A DNA stretch of 54,545 nt from a virus. Lineage: Duplodnaviria; Caudoviricetes. The notes under the pieces were generated by a model that saw nothing but the letters and a program-made list of their open reading frames with translations, was not told where the DNA came from and did not search any database. Below, one piece after another: positions 1-9,002 of this stretch. The stretch is taken from positions 1-54,545 of IMG/VR virus record IMGVR_UViG_3300012663_000581. One strand, written 5' to 3'. A program made the translations under genes and the position numbers. How positions within the stretch are numbered: position 1 is the first letter of the stretch; each line of letters begins with the position of its first letter.

Positions 1-1908
1 TGAACTATACCATAGACGTCCGTCTGCTGGAATACGTGAAGGAGCATCACCACTTGCAACGTAGTTCAATGGAATCCAATTGCTTGCAATAAAGTCATTC
101 AATGCATCGCCAGCAGGGGCATCGAACAAGTATTCTGTACCAGTTCTATAGCCTGCTGCACTTGGTTCGTAGTTGTATGCTGAGAAACCGTAGTCTACTA
201 ATGGAGTACCTGTTCCTTCTTTCATACGGAACTCTCCGCCATTGTTGTGACTAATCAATACACGATTTTGTGAATCAACTGATGCTTCGATGTTTGTAAA
301 TCCGGCTGCGTTAATAGCATTTGCCATCAAATCACTATCTGCAATAGTACCAGTTGCTGTCCAGCTAACTGTTTTTGCACTGTAAGTTCCAGTACCTGCA
401 TAATCACCTAGTACAGTAGTACCTGTTAGGCTCTCTGCTAGTTCAAATGTACGAGGACCGCTAGATACTTGAGTAGTAATCTTTGCTGACTGAATAACTG
501 TGGCACTTGATGTGCCGCCGCGCCTCATAATTTTCCAATCTGCTAAACGTGGTGTGTCATCAACACCGTTTTGTTCAGTGTAGTTAGTTTGAACATATAT
601 TTGTCCAACTTGTAAGTTTGCGCCACCGCCTACTTTATCTAAGCCATAAATTGCTTCGTGGCCATTAGCATATAAAGGAGCCTCAACTGCTTCCCATGCA
701 AGTGTAGTTTCGTTCCAACGCTTAACACGGAAACGAGCACCTAAGTTAGGCTCAGTTGTTTTAATCCATACAGAACCTGTAGGACGAGGAGCTGCTGATG
801 AGCTCTTAAATTGTGGAACTTGTGTATGCTTAGAAATTTGTAATCTTGGAGCATAGTATGTGCCAGCAGTGATACCTATTGCTGTTAGCAATGCTACGCT
901 CTTAGCATCTGCTACTGTATCGCCGTCTAAGTTAGTTGTAATAGCAACGGCGTTACTAGTTGCACTATCTTCAGCAGCAGTGCCAATTTGTCCGTCGGAA
1001 TAAATTTCCAACTTACCGTTAACTACTGCGGCTGTAATACCGTCAAGTGCTGTTAGACCAGTAATAGCACTTGCAAGAGCTGCTAATGTAGTGCCGCCTG
1101 TTGTAACAACAGTTCCGTTAATTTTAAGAGTTGCATCGCCAACAATTGTAGGATTAATTGCAGTGCCAGTAACTACAGGCCAGCTTGAAAACCACTCCTG
1201 GCTACCTACTTCAACCCACTGGCCAGCTGTCTGTCCTGGAGCAACACCACGGCTTCTATACCATAGTTTGTTAGGATGTGCCGTTGTTAGTGCAGGAGTA
1301 GCAGTAGTTACATCAGTAACTACAACTGCGTATTCACCAATCTTACTGCCAGACGCCAAAGGTCCGCCAGTTGCTGGATCAACTTGTGTTGGGTCAGTAA
1401 TTACACGTGGAATTTTGTTAGCAAACTTTTGTCCGCCTTTGACGGTAGCGGCTGCGCCATTCCATTCAAAAATACCAAATGCTGAAATTTGTGTATCAAA
1501 CCAGTGTGTACCGTTTGCAGGTGTTGCATCTGGTTCAGTAGCACTTGCATCTAATTGTGCTAGGTCTAAGTCAGCACGTACAACAAATGCACGATTGCTA
1601 ACACCTAGTAAACTGTATGCAGCTTGCAGACCATATTCGTTTTGCTCACCAGCGTGAACTGGATTATTGCTTGCATCAGTTTTGAAGATTGGATCACCAA
1701 ATGTGTCTCCAAGGTCTCGTTGACTTGTTAGAAGATAAACTTCTCCAGCGTTAGCTTTAAGTGTACCCGGGGCGGTTCCGGTAGCTCCGCTGTTTGCTTT
1801 ATTTTCAGCAGTTGCTACAATAACTAACGGTACTGTACCTGGTGCTGCTGGTGTATAAAATGATTCGTCAATTACTTTGACTTCTACGCCTGGTGAACTT
1901 AATGCCAT
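1..1908 (-). CDS. Tail sheath protein (T4 gp18-like), 3' end outside the window
   Basis: Not in the ORF track because it has no stop in the window. Manual translation from ATG at 1908 gives MALSSPGVEVKVIDESFYTPAAPGTVPLVIVATAENK...LLTSQRDLGDTFGDPIF...NEYGLQAAYSLLGVSNRAFVVRAD, the typical 'SPGV.V.E.D' sheath N-terminus. The same frame reads ...ADGRLWYSS at the window edge. SD AGGAG lies upstream. Confidence 0.92.
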   Translation of the reverse strand, partial: MALSSPGVEVKVIDESFYTPAAPGTVPLVIVATAENKANSGATGTAPGTLKANAGEVYLLTSQRDLGDTFGDPIFKTDASNNPVHAGEQNEYGLQAAYSLLGVSNRAFVVRADLDLAQLDASATEPDATPANGTHWFDTQISAFGIFEWNGAAATVKGGQKFANKIPRVITDPTQVDPATGGPLASGSKIGEYAVVVTDVTTATPALTTAHPNKLWYRSRGVAPGQTAGQWVEVGSQEWFSSWPVVTGTAINPTIVGDATLKINGTVVTTGGTTLAALASAITGLTALDGITAAVVNGKLEIYSDGQIGTAAEDSATSNAVAITTNLDGDTVADAKSVALLTAIGITAGTYYAPRLQISKHTQVPQFKSSSAAPRPTGSVWIKTTEPNLGARFRVKRWNETTLAWEAVEAPLYANGHEAIYGLDKVGGGANLQVGQIYVQTNYTEQNGVDDTPRLADWKIMRRGGTSSATVIQSAKITTQVSSGPRTFELAESLTGTTVLGDYAGTGTYSAKTVSWTATGTIADSDLMANAINAAGFTNIEASVDSQNRVLISHNNGGEFRMKEGTGTPLVDYGFSAYNYEPSAAGYRTGTEYLFDAPAGDALNDFIASNWIPLNYVASGDAPSRIPADGRLWYSS

Positions 1909-1941
1909 CTTTGGAATCTCCTAAGGTTTTTGTTCTACTAG

Positions 1942-1948
1942 TATTTAT
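1942..1948 (-). promoter_or_regulatory. T4-type late promoter (ATAAATA) for the tail sheath gene
   Basis: Reverse complement of tatttat, about 35 nt upstream of the sheath ATG; matches the core of the gp55-dependent consensus TATAAATA. Confidence 0.65.
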
Positions 1949-2016
1949 TGATAAAATCTAAAAATGGCTAGTTATAACCCACCAAAAAGGTGTCAAAAAG
2001 GGCAGCTAAATACGTG

Positions 2017-2358
2017 ATGACAAGACCACTATGCGGATGCGGGCTAAGACCCGCTGCTATCAACTATCGTAAGGAAGGTAGAGTGTATTACCGCTCTAAA
2101 TGCGAGGTGTGTACTAGACACGGCGGCATTGGCAAAGGTATGCCCAAGTGGCACCAAGATGGTTATCGCATGAAATCAGAATGCGATAAGTGCGGCTATA
2201 AAAGTAAATATAAGGAACAGTTTAATGTGTTCCACGTAGACGGGAATCTAAATAACTCCCGTCCTGCTAATCTTAAGACAGTGTGTGCAAACTGCCAGAG
2301 GACTCTGCATAAGGAAGGGTTTCAGTGGAAGCAGGGTTCTCTAAAACCAGACTTTTAA
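2017..2358 (+). CDS. Zn-ribbon/HNH-family protein
   Basis: Cys pairs (CGC, CEVC, CDKC, CANC) and an HNH-like core FHVDGNLNNSRPANLKTVCANCQ, with the last His replaced by Gln. ATG 2017, just after TAAATA 2007-2012, is preferred over the GTG at 1990. Confidence 0.75.
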   Translation: MTRPLCGCGLRPAAINYRKEGRVYYRSKCEVCTRHGGIGKGMPKWHQDGYRMKSECDKCGYKSKYKEQFNVFHVDGNLNNSRPANLKTVCANCQRTLHKEGFQWKQGSLKPDF

Positions 2359-2968
2359 CCTGTAGATACAGATCGTCAATGGTAGCATTATTATCTAATA
2401 TGAGATCAAACTTAGTTCCAACCCAGGCAGTTTCACTAGCGTGAATGCCTAATTTTTGCATACGTACCTTGGCAGTCATGTAAGTCATACAACGATCTCC
2501 GGCATTCATGTCTACAGCATCCTGATACCATTCGGGCTCATTACCTCGCACAACTCGTACTACAATGCCGCCTGCATCTTTAATTGATTTAATTTCATTG
2601 GGGAAACGACAGTCTGAAATAACAATGTCGTCTTTACTATTGCGTAGTTTGTTTTCTAAGCTGGCAATCCAAATATCATCATGGAATGCTTTACGGCATA
2701 CTTCTGTACCCCAATATTGTAAGATCCATCGAGGGGTAAGAGTTGGGATATCAAGTCGTTCTGCCCACCACGGATCAACTTGTTCGCGCCATTCACGTGC
2801 AGATTTAGTGCGACCTTCAAGCATGGTTCGATCCCAACCAAATACATGTGCTACTGCATCTTTTAATGAGTTAGCAAATGATTCTCGTCTAAACCCGTGA
2901 AAATTTGTAAGATAGTCAGCAACTGTATCTTTGCCAGAACCAATAAAACCGCATACACCTATGATCAT
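2273..2968 (-). CDS. Deoxynucleoside monophosphate kinase (T4 gp1-like)
   Basis: N-terminal P-loop IIGVCGFIGSGKDT, SFANSLK, PRWILQYWGTEVCR, ISDCRFPNE and HASE motifs typical of phage dNMP kinases. Confidence 0.9.
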   Translation of the reverse strand: MIIGVCGFIGSGKDTVADYLTNFHGFRRESFANSLKDAVAHVFGWDRTMLEGRTKSAREWREQVDPWWAERLDIPTLTPRWILQYWGTEVCRKAFHDDIWIASLENKLRNSKDDIVISDCRFPNEIKSIKDAGGIVVRVVRGNEPEWYQDAVDMNAGDRCMTYMTAKVRMQKLGIHASETAWVGTKFDLILDNNATIDDLYLQVKSLVLENPASTETLPYAESSGSLHTLS

Positions 2969-2991
2969 AAGAAACCCCGTAAGTTAGTGCT

Positions 2992-3020
2992 AGTATATAA
3001 CACTTTTATTACAGGGTCAA
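2992..3020 (-). promoter_or_regulatory. sigma70-type promoter for the dNMP kinase
   Basis: TTGACC (3020-3015), 17-nt spacer, TATACT (2997-2992) on the minus strand, 23 nt before the ATG. Confidence 0.7.
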
Positions 3021-3025
3021 GAGAT

Positions 3026-3403
3026 TTATACGCCGTATTTGTTCGTTTTAATCTTAGCAACTGGACTAGTTTTATTAGTGCTGTCCAATTCTTTACTTTG
3101 CATGTCGCCATGATTAACATCATCGTAGTTGGCGCCCACTGCCTCGGCAGCTTTCTTAAACATTTCGTTTTCGACTTCTGTATATGGGTGTACTGTTTTC
3201 TTTTTACCGTACCAACTTTTGGCATCAATTTCCGGCACAGTTTTACCATCTGTTGAAGCCATAGCTTGTCCCAACTTAAATGCTACATAGTCACTGTTGG
3301 CTTTTTCTGCATCACTGTAGGTGCTTATGCCACGACTAGACTGACTTTGTCGCTTGGTAATTTTAGCACTAGTGGCTTCTGATATAACGTCATATACTTT
3401 CAT
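3026..3403 (-). CDS. Small hypothetical protein, possible internal head protein
   Basis: 125 aa; N-terminus MKVYDVISE resembles the T4 capsid-targeting sequence; 4-nt overlap with the upstream gene. Confidence 0.6.
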   Translation of the reverse strand: MKVYDVISEATSAKITKRQSQSSRGISTYSDAEKANSDYVAFKLGQAMASTDGKTVPEIDAKSWYGKKKTVHPYTEVENEMFKKAAEAVGANYDDVNHGDMQSKELDSTNKTSPVAKIKTNKYGV

Positions 3404-3696
3404 TCTTCACAATTCCATTTACGTAGTGCCAATGCTTTTCGTGTTGGCTCACCGTTGGGCTTTTTCATTGGACCATCAACACCGCCCATCCTAGCACAAA
3501 ATGATTTTCTGCGTTTAGCATCCTTGCTGCCTGCTTTTAATTTGCTAGGTTTAGTAGTAACTGCTGTTTGTAGTTTGCTACCAGGATTCTCACGACGATA
3601 ACTAGCAACTCCTTTGGCATTTAGGCCACCCTTTTTGCTCTTACCTTCTTTGCGGCGCCATGCAGCTGATTCTGAAATAATTTCGTGTACTTTCAT
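3400..3696 (-). CDS. Small basic phage protein (DUF6321-like), possible internal head protein
   Basis: 98 aa, very K/R-rich; AAWRRKEGK..GGLNAKG..SY...RRKSFCARM...ALRKWNC is a recurrent phage family signature (family name from memory); N-terminus MKVHEIISE. Confidence 0.65.
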   Translation of the reverse strand: MKVHEIISESAAWRRKEGKSKKGGLNAKGVASYRRENPGSKLQTAVTTKPSKLKAGSKDAKRRKSFCARMGGVDGPMKKPNGEPTRKALALRKWNCEE

Positions 3697-3698
3697 GT

Positions 3699-4460
3699 TT
3701 AACCAATAACAAATGTATAACCAGTGCCACCACTGATTAGTGTTTCTAATTCTTTGTCTAGTGCTGTAAGTTCTTCTTTTCCGGCTGACTTTAGATCGTT
3801 ACCGTTTAGCGCACTACCACCTTGCGGGCCTGCAACTGACGCAAACTTACCACGTGCTTCGCCTAACATTATCTTACAGTTAGCCAATGAATAATCACGT
3901 ATCCATTGTTTAGCATATATGTCTTCAATGATTGTATAATCTGGTCTAAAATTCTGGCAGCGCAACAATAGTGATTCACCTTCGCTGAACGGGCGCTGTA
4001 AACATCTAAATGTACGACTTGTAGGAATCCACTGGAATTCGATATAGCTACCAAACATCTTACCTATCATTTCTTGATAGCTGGCAAACATATAGTAGGT
4101 AGCTATGCCGCCCAGCATAGTGCTGTTTAACAAATACGTGTTAGTGTACGCCAGATTGAAAGGTTCAAAGTTTGTACCAGTTCCTCCGCCAGTTCTTGAT
4201 CCCAATGTTCTGCGAAAGCAAGACTGTACGTTGATAATTTCTTTAGGCAATATGTAATCATTTTTATCCTTCTCTAATTCTAAAAACATGTAGCTTTCTT
4301 CTACTGCGTTAGGACTGCGCTGACGGAATCGTGTTAATGCACGATCTAACGCAGTTTCATAGTGAATTGGATCAAGCTCAACGTCAATCATACCGTCACC
4401 TAGCATGGTGCGGCAGTAATCAAAGACTTGCTGTTTTACTTGTTGTGGATTATCTGACAT
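3699..4460 (-). CDS. Neck protein (T4 gp13-like)
   Basis: DYCRTMLGDGMIDVELD N-terminus and WIRDYSLANCKIMLGEARGKF...GG.ALNG..LK C-terminus; SD GGAG; adjacent to gp14/gp15-like genes. Confidence 0.8.
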   Translation of the reverse strand: MSDNPQQVKQQVFDYCRTMLGDGMIDVELDPIHYETALDRALTRFRQRSPNAVEESYMFLELEKDKNDYILPKEIINVQSCFRRTLGSRTGGGTGTNFEPFNLAYTNTYLLNSTMLGGIATYYMFASYQEMIGKMFGSYIEFQWIPTSRTFRCLQRPFSEGESLLLRCQNFRPDYTIIEDIYAKQWIRDYSLANCKIMLGEARGKFASVAGPQGGSALNGNDLKSAGKEELTALDKELETLISGGTGYTFVIG

Positions 4461-4475
4461 TTAGTTCTCCCATGT

Positions 4476-4491
4476 TATTTATCGCTAAATA
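4476..4491. promoter_or_regulatory. Back-to-back divergent late promoters (TATTTA-tcgc-TAAATA)
   Basis: ATAAATA on the minus strand (4482-4476) faces the gp13-like gene; TAAATA on the plus strand (4486-4491) faces the gp14-like gene. Confidence 0.7.
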
Positions 4492-4498
4492 TTGTACT

Positions 4499-6079
4499 AT
4501 GCCACGTTTATCACTTTACAAACCTGAAAAAGGTAACGACTATAAGTTTCTAGATCGCAACATATCTGAAATGTTTCAGGTGGGCGGAACTGACCTATAT
4601 TTGCACAAATACCTCGGTCCTAAAAATCCACTAGCAGGCGAATCTACAGCAGATCAGCCTATGTACGATGTAGTTAAAGAAACTAACATCCAAGATTTGC
4701 TATTCTTAGAAAACCGTGATAGAAAGTACGACATGTCTGTGTATACATTGCGTGGTATTTACAATGTACAAGATATTGATTTTAACCTAAGTCAGTTTGG
4801 GCTGTTTATAGATCAAGATACAGTTTTTATGACTGTACACATTAATGATTTTGTCAGCACTATTGGTCGCAAACCCTTAGCCGGTGATGTCATCGAGCTG
4901 CCGCATTTAAAAGATGAATTTGCACTTAATGATTTTGATGTTGCATTGCCCCGTTATTTTGTAATTGACGAAGTAGGTCGCGCTGCTGAAGGTTTTAGTA
5001 AGACATGGTATCCGCATTTATACAGATTAAAACTTAAGAAAATTTCTGATAGTCAGCAGTTTGCAGATATTTTAACTAAGCCAATTAACACAGATGCCAA
5101 CTTTGTAGGAGATTACGATCCTACAGTTGTATATACACCTGGCCAGATTGTTCGATATCAGGGCACACTTTATACAACAACCGTAACAACAACCGCAGGA
5201 ATAACACCTACTAACACCAGTTACTTTGCTCAGTATGGCGGACATAGCTTGCAAGATATTCTTAGTACTAATGCCAAAAATCTAGTAATCAATGATGCTA
5301 TTCTTGCACAAGCTGATGCAGATGCTCCTAAAAGCGGATATGAAACGCAACAATTTTATACGCTTGCATTAGACGATAAAGGGTTGCCTGCATTAATAAC
5401 AGCAGATGATAGCGTGTCTCCACCTGATGCTAGCACTATGTCATTGGATGCAAGTCGTACTGCGCAAAGACCTAAAAGGACTGGTTATAGTGGTTACCTC
5501 CTTGGTGACGGTATTCCTGTAAACGGTGCTGATTTTGGATCTGGTATTGCATTTCCAGGAGCCGCAATTGATGGTGACTATTTTCTACGTGTTGACATGT
5601 TGCCTAACAGATTGTTTAGATACGATGGAAAACGATGGATTAAAGTAGAAGATGCCGTGCGTCACACATTAAACAATAGCGACACTAGACAAACATTTAG
5701 GACTGGCTTTATTAATAACAGTACATTTACATATACATCTATGGTTGCAAGCGACACAGTTACTATCAGTCAACTAGAAATTGACAACGGATTTAGTGTT
5801 ATTGATACTAATATACTATTTGCAGTTAATAGCACTGCCAAGTATCTTGTCCTTAACCAATCTGTTATCAAACTAGATTTTGATATTGCAGAGTATCCCG
5901 GAATAATTACTTCATATACCGCACCAGTAAATGGCGTTAATACTAATTTGATCAGGATTACATTACCAGAGGGTAGTGATATTACAATTCCAGGACAGTG
6001 GAACGTGTCATTATTCAATACTAGAGAAGCACAAAAGCAAAGCCTAAGTAAGGCACTTAGACCCAAGGCAGATTTCTAA
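4499..6079 (+). CDS. Head-completion/neck protein (T4 gp14-like) with C-terminal accessory domains
   Basis: Likely start MPRLSLYKPEKGNDYKFLD at 4499; the longer ORF overlaps the gp13-like gene. Motifs IQDLLFLENRDRKYD, LSQFGLF, GRKPLAGDVIELPH; divergent from the gp13-like gene and directly before the gp15-like gene. Confidence 0.7.
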   Translation: MPRLSLYKPEKGNDYKFLDRNISEMFQVGGTDLYLHKYLGPKNPLAGESTADQPMYDVVKETNIQDLLFLENRDRKYDMSVYTLRGIYNVQDIDFNLSQFGLFIDQDTVFMTVHINDFVSTIGRKPLAGDVIELPHLKDEFALNDFDVALPRYFVIDEVGRAAEGFSKTWYPHLYRLKLKKISDSQQFADILTKPINTDANFVGDYDPTVVYTPGQIVRYQGTLYTTTVTTTAGITPTNTSYFAQYGGHSLQDILSTNAKNLVINDAILAQADADAPKSGYETQQFYTLALDDKGLPALITADDSVSPPDASTMSLDASRTAQRPKRTGYSGYLLGDGIPVNGADFGSGIAFPGAAIDGDYFLRVDMLPNRLFRYDGKRWIKVEDAVRHTLNNSDTRQTFRTGFINNSTFTYTSMVASDTVTISQLEIDNGFSVIDTNILFAVNSTAKYLVLNQSVIKLDFDIAEYPGIITSYTAPVNGVNTNLIRITLPEGSDITIPGQWNVSLFNTREAQKQSLSKALRPKADF

Positions 6080-7962
6080 TGCAACATTTTTATGACGGAC
6101 AATTAAGACGATATCTTACTCAGGTAATTAGATTACTAAGTAATTTTGTTGTCAAATATGGCGACGGTACACTGGTTAGGGTACCTGTTATGTATGGTGA
6201 CCAGGACAAGCAAGTAGCTAACATTATTAATCAAAATAGTGAAAACACAGTGTCTAGTTCGCCGAGAATTGCAGTCTATATTAGTGACCTTGATCTAGCT
6301 AGAGATAGACTAGGCGATTCTACGTATGTAGGTAAAATAAATATTAGAGAGCGAGGCATTGAGGAAGGTAGTTATAATTCTTCTCAAGGAAATAACTACA
6401 CAGTCGAAAGACTAATGCCTACTCCATTTGATCTATCTTTAAAGGTCGACATATGGACAACTAGCACTGATCAAAAATTACAACTCCTTGAGCAGATTCT
6501 TACTTTGTTTAATCCAAGTTTAGAAATACAAACTACAGATAATTACATCGACTGGACTAGTTTAAGTGTTGTTGAATTAGGAGATGTGACATTTAGTTCT
6601 AGGTCGGTACCTGTAGGAACAAATAGTGCTATAGATATTGCATCAATAAGCCTTAAAACTCCAGTTTGGTTAAGTCCGCCTGTTAAGATCAAACAGTTAG
6701 GAATTATTACTAATATTATTGCTAACATATATGAAAATAAAAGTGATCCAGTACTAGATTATATAGACGGATTAGGTACTGACTATGCTTCTGGACAAAT
6801 GGAACCAATTAGTAAAATTTTTGATAATAAAATTTCTATTGGTAATTTTGATATTTTTGTCGAAGAAACAACTATTAGAATTCGTAGCAACGAGTCAAGC
6901 CCCGGAACATGGCTATCGTGGGAAATGGCTATTAAACAATATCCAGGTGTATTTAAGTCAGGACTTACTAAGATATTTTTATTGCAACCTGATGGAACTG
7001 AAGTAGTCGGTGCTCTAACACAAAATCCGTTAAACCCAACGCTAATGTCGGCAGTATGGGATCCAGACACGTTCCATTCAAATACTGCTATTATTGGGCC
7101 TACACGATTAGTGTCTGATCAAGTCTACTTTGATGCAATTGTTGATCCAACTACATTTAATCCAAAACGTCCTAATAAAGAACGTACTGATCAACAAATA
7201 GCAACTGGGAGAAGATACTTAATTGTTGATAGCATAGGCGGAGCAGTTAGAGATACATTTGAGTCAACTACTAAGACCAAATATATCCACACTACTGTGT
7301 TACATAAAAAAGTTAATTCGCATACCTTGTATGTTAACGGGGTTGAGGTTATATCAAATCCTCAACCTAATCCGGTATATCATAATGTTATTAGTACTAC
7401 TATAACAGGAATCGGCACAGGCGCTACCTTCAATGTAACACAACTGTTGTCCACTGCTGGATATTCTGCTATAATAAGCGCATTAGGTGCTAATTATCAA
7501 GGTGGTGATAGTATTAGAGTTCGTGGTAAACGACTAGGCGGTGCTAATATTGTTAATGATTGCTTAATTACTGTACTCAGCGTAAATGGATCAGGTGGAA
7601 TAACTAGTATTCGAGTAGGCGGCATATCGGCTGATAAAGAATTTACTATTGTTGCTGACGCTAGCATTGCAATTAGTACCGACCAAGCTCCGGTAACTAT
7701 AACTTACGAATTAAATTTAAATGAAGACGGTCCCGATGCATGGAAAAATACAGACTCTAGTGATACACTAGCTGAAGCAAATGACATTATTGAGTGGGAT
7801 GGTACTAAATGGGTTGTAGTGTTTTCAGCTGAAGAAGTAACAGATACTATTGTTTACCAAATGAACTTCTATACTAGAACACAGTATAAGTGGAACGGGG
7901 TTGACTGGTCTAAATCATTCGAAGGCGAATATAAGAAGGGACAATGGAGAATAACTCTTTGA
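6079..7962 (+). CDS. Tail sheath stabiliser/tail terminator (T4 gp15-like) with long C-terminal extension
   Basis: MQHFYDGQLRRYLTQVIRLLSNF..VPVMYGD, PRIAVYI, MPTPFDL, QLLEQILTLFNP; coupled to the upstream gene through a TAATG overlap. Confidence 0.78.
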   Translation: MQHFYDGQLRRYLTQVIRLLSNFVVKYGDGTLVRVPVMYGDQDKQVANIINQNSENTVSSSPRIAVYISDLDLARDRLGDSTYVGKINIRERGIEEGSYNSSQGNNYTVERLMPTPFDLSLKVDIWTTSTDQKLQLLEQILTLFNPSLEIQTTDNYIDWTSLSVVELGDVTFSSRSVPVGTNSAIDIASISLKTPVWLSPPVKIKQLGIITNIIANIYENKSDPVLDYIDGLGTDYASGQMEPISKIFDNKISIGNFDIFVEETTIRIRSNESSPGTWLSWEMAIKQYPGVFKSGLTKIFLLQPDGTEVVGALTQNPLNPTLMSAVWDPDTFHSNTAIIGPTRLVSDQVYFDAIVDPTTFNPKRPNKERTDQQIATGRRYLIVDSIGGAVRDTFESTTKTKYIHTTVLHKKVNSHTLYVNGVEVISNPQPNPVYHNVISTTITGIGTGATFNVTQLLSTAGYSAIISALGANYQGGDSIRVRGKRLGGANIVNDCLITVLSVNGSGGITSIRVGGISADKEFTIVADASIAISTDQAPVTITYELNLNEDGPDAWKNTDSSDTLAEANDIIEWDGTKWVVVFSAEEVTDTIVYQMNFYTRTQYKWNGVDWSKSFEGEYKKGQWRITL

Positions 7963-8390
7963 TAGAAATTGATTGCAGTGGTGCATTAATCTGTGCTAGA
8001 AATACGCACAGGTTTTTATTATTACAAAAATGTGAAGGCAAACATGCTGGCAGGTGGGGGCTAGTTGGGGGCACTAATCATTCTGACGAATCAGCATGGC
8101 AAGGTCTTTGTAGAGAAATTGAAGAAGAATTAGGTCTACTTCCAGATATTAAAAAAACTATTCCATTAGAAAGATTTGTTAGTAATGATAGTCTGTTCAA
8201 CTTCCATACATATTTTTGCGTAGTGGACTCTGAGTTTATTCCAGTTCTTAGCGACGAACATGTTGCATGGGGATGGTTTGATCTAAACTGCTTACCTAAA
8301 CCAGTACACAAAGGATTAGACCTTAGTCTTCGTAATAAAATAATACAAAACAAAATACAAACAATACTTGAAATTGTTGATCTAATCTGA
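7944..8390 (+). CDS. NUDIX hydrolase
   Basis: Nudix box GTNHSDESAWQGLCREIEEELG (G-x5-E-x7-RE-x2-EE-x-G) and a C-terminal LSDEH..WGW motif. Confidence 0.9.
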   Translation: MENNSLIEIDCSGALICARNTHRFLLLQKCEGKHAGRWGLVGGTNHSDESAWQGLCREIEEELGLLPDIKKTIPLERFVSNDSLFNFHTYFCVVDSEFIPVLSDEHVAWGWFDLNCLPKPVHKGLDLSLRNKIIQNKIQTILEIVDLI

Positions 8391-8990
8391 TCAAGTATCT
8401 ATTACAACATTTCCAGCAACCACTACTCGATATTCATCACTAGAATAGAAAGGATATACTGAATGTACCATATCAGATGGAAACAGTATTACACGTTTTT
8501 CATATGTAGCATCTACAGGGATAGTCCAGTTTTGTATTTTACCTAAACTGTTTGTATAATGGAATGCAAATGATGCAGCTTCTACACTCCCGTTTTCGTT
8601 CTCATCGGCTATTAAAAATGGAACTTTGAGCCACAGCACAAAACTAAAATCACCTAGATGTGCATGTGGTCTTGCAAACTCGTGTTTTTTTTGAAAGTTA
8701 ACCCACGCTGAGCTAATTTTAAATTTACTAGCACCGGGTTTATAATTATAAGCATTATTAAATGTTCCAATCAACGGTGTTAGTATTTCCAATAACGACA
8801 TATGGGTCGATGGCTCTATAAGACTAAACTCTTGATCTAGTTTAAAGTCAGTAGTAGATCTTTTAGCATCTTTAAAACTTGATGAAATTTTATTAACTTC
8901 TAATAAAATAGGTGCTAACTCTCTATCAGTTGCAGTAGCACCAACAAATCCTATATTAGGAAATGTAGCAACATATTGATTAGTTGACAT
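8391..8990 (-). CDS. Putative 2OG-Fe(II) oxygenase
   Basis: WVNFQKKHEF..PHAH.GDFSFVLWL, ILFPS...HSVYPF and distal R-x-x-x-A-G-N; double-stranded beta-helix oxygenase pattern common in phages. Confidence 0.8.
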   Translation of the reverse strand: MSTNQYVATFPNIGFVGATATDRELAPILLEVNKISSSFKDAKRSTTDFKLDQEFSLIEPSTHMSLLEILTPLIGTFNNAYNYKPGASKFKISSAWVNFQKKHEFARPHAHLGDFSFVLWLKVPFLIADENENGSVEAASFAFHYTNSLGKIQNWTIPVDATYEKRVILFPSDMVHSVYPFYSSDEYRVVVAGNVVIDT

Positions 8991-9002
8991 GAAATTACCT
9001 TT

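Noticed and set aside
1091-1657. 188-aa plus-strand ORF
   Set aside because: Antisense shadow of the tail sheath gene; no motif or RBS.
2017-2358. Mobile homing endonuclease
   Set aside because: Very short, degenerate final HNH residue, has its own late-type box and no intron context; mobility is unsupported.
4331-4498. N-terminal extension of the 582-aa ORF
   Set aside because: Overlaps the gp13-like gene and the promoter cassette; ATG 4499 is the plausible start.
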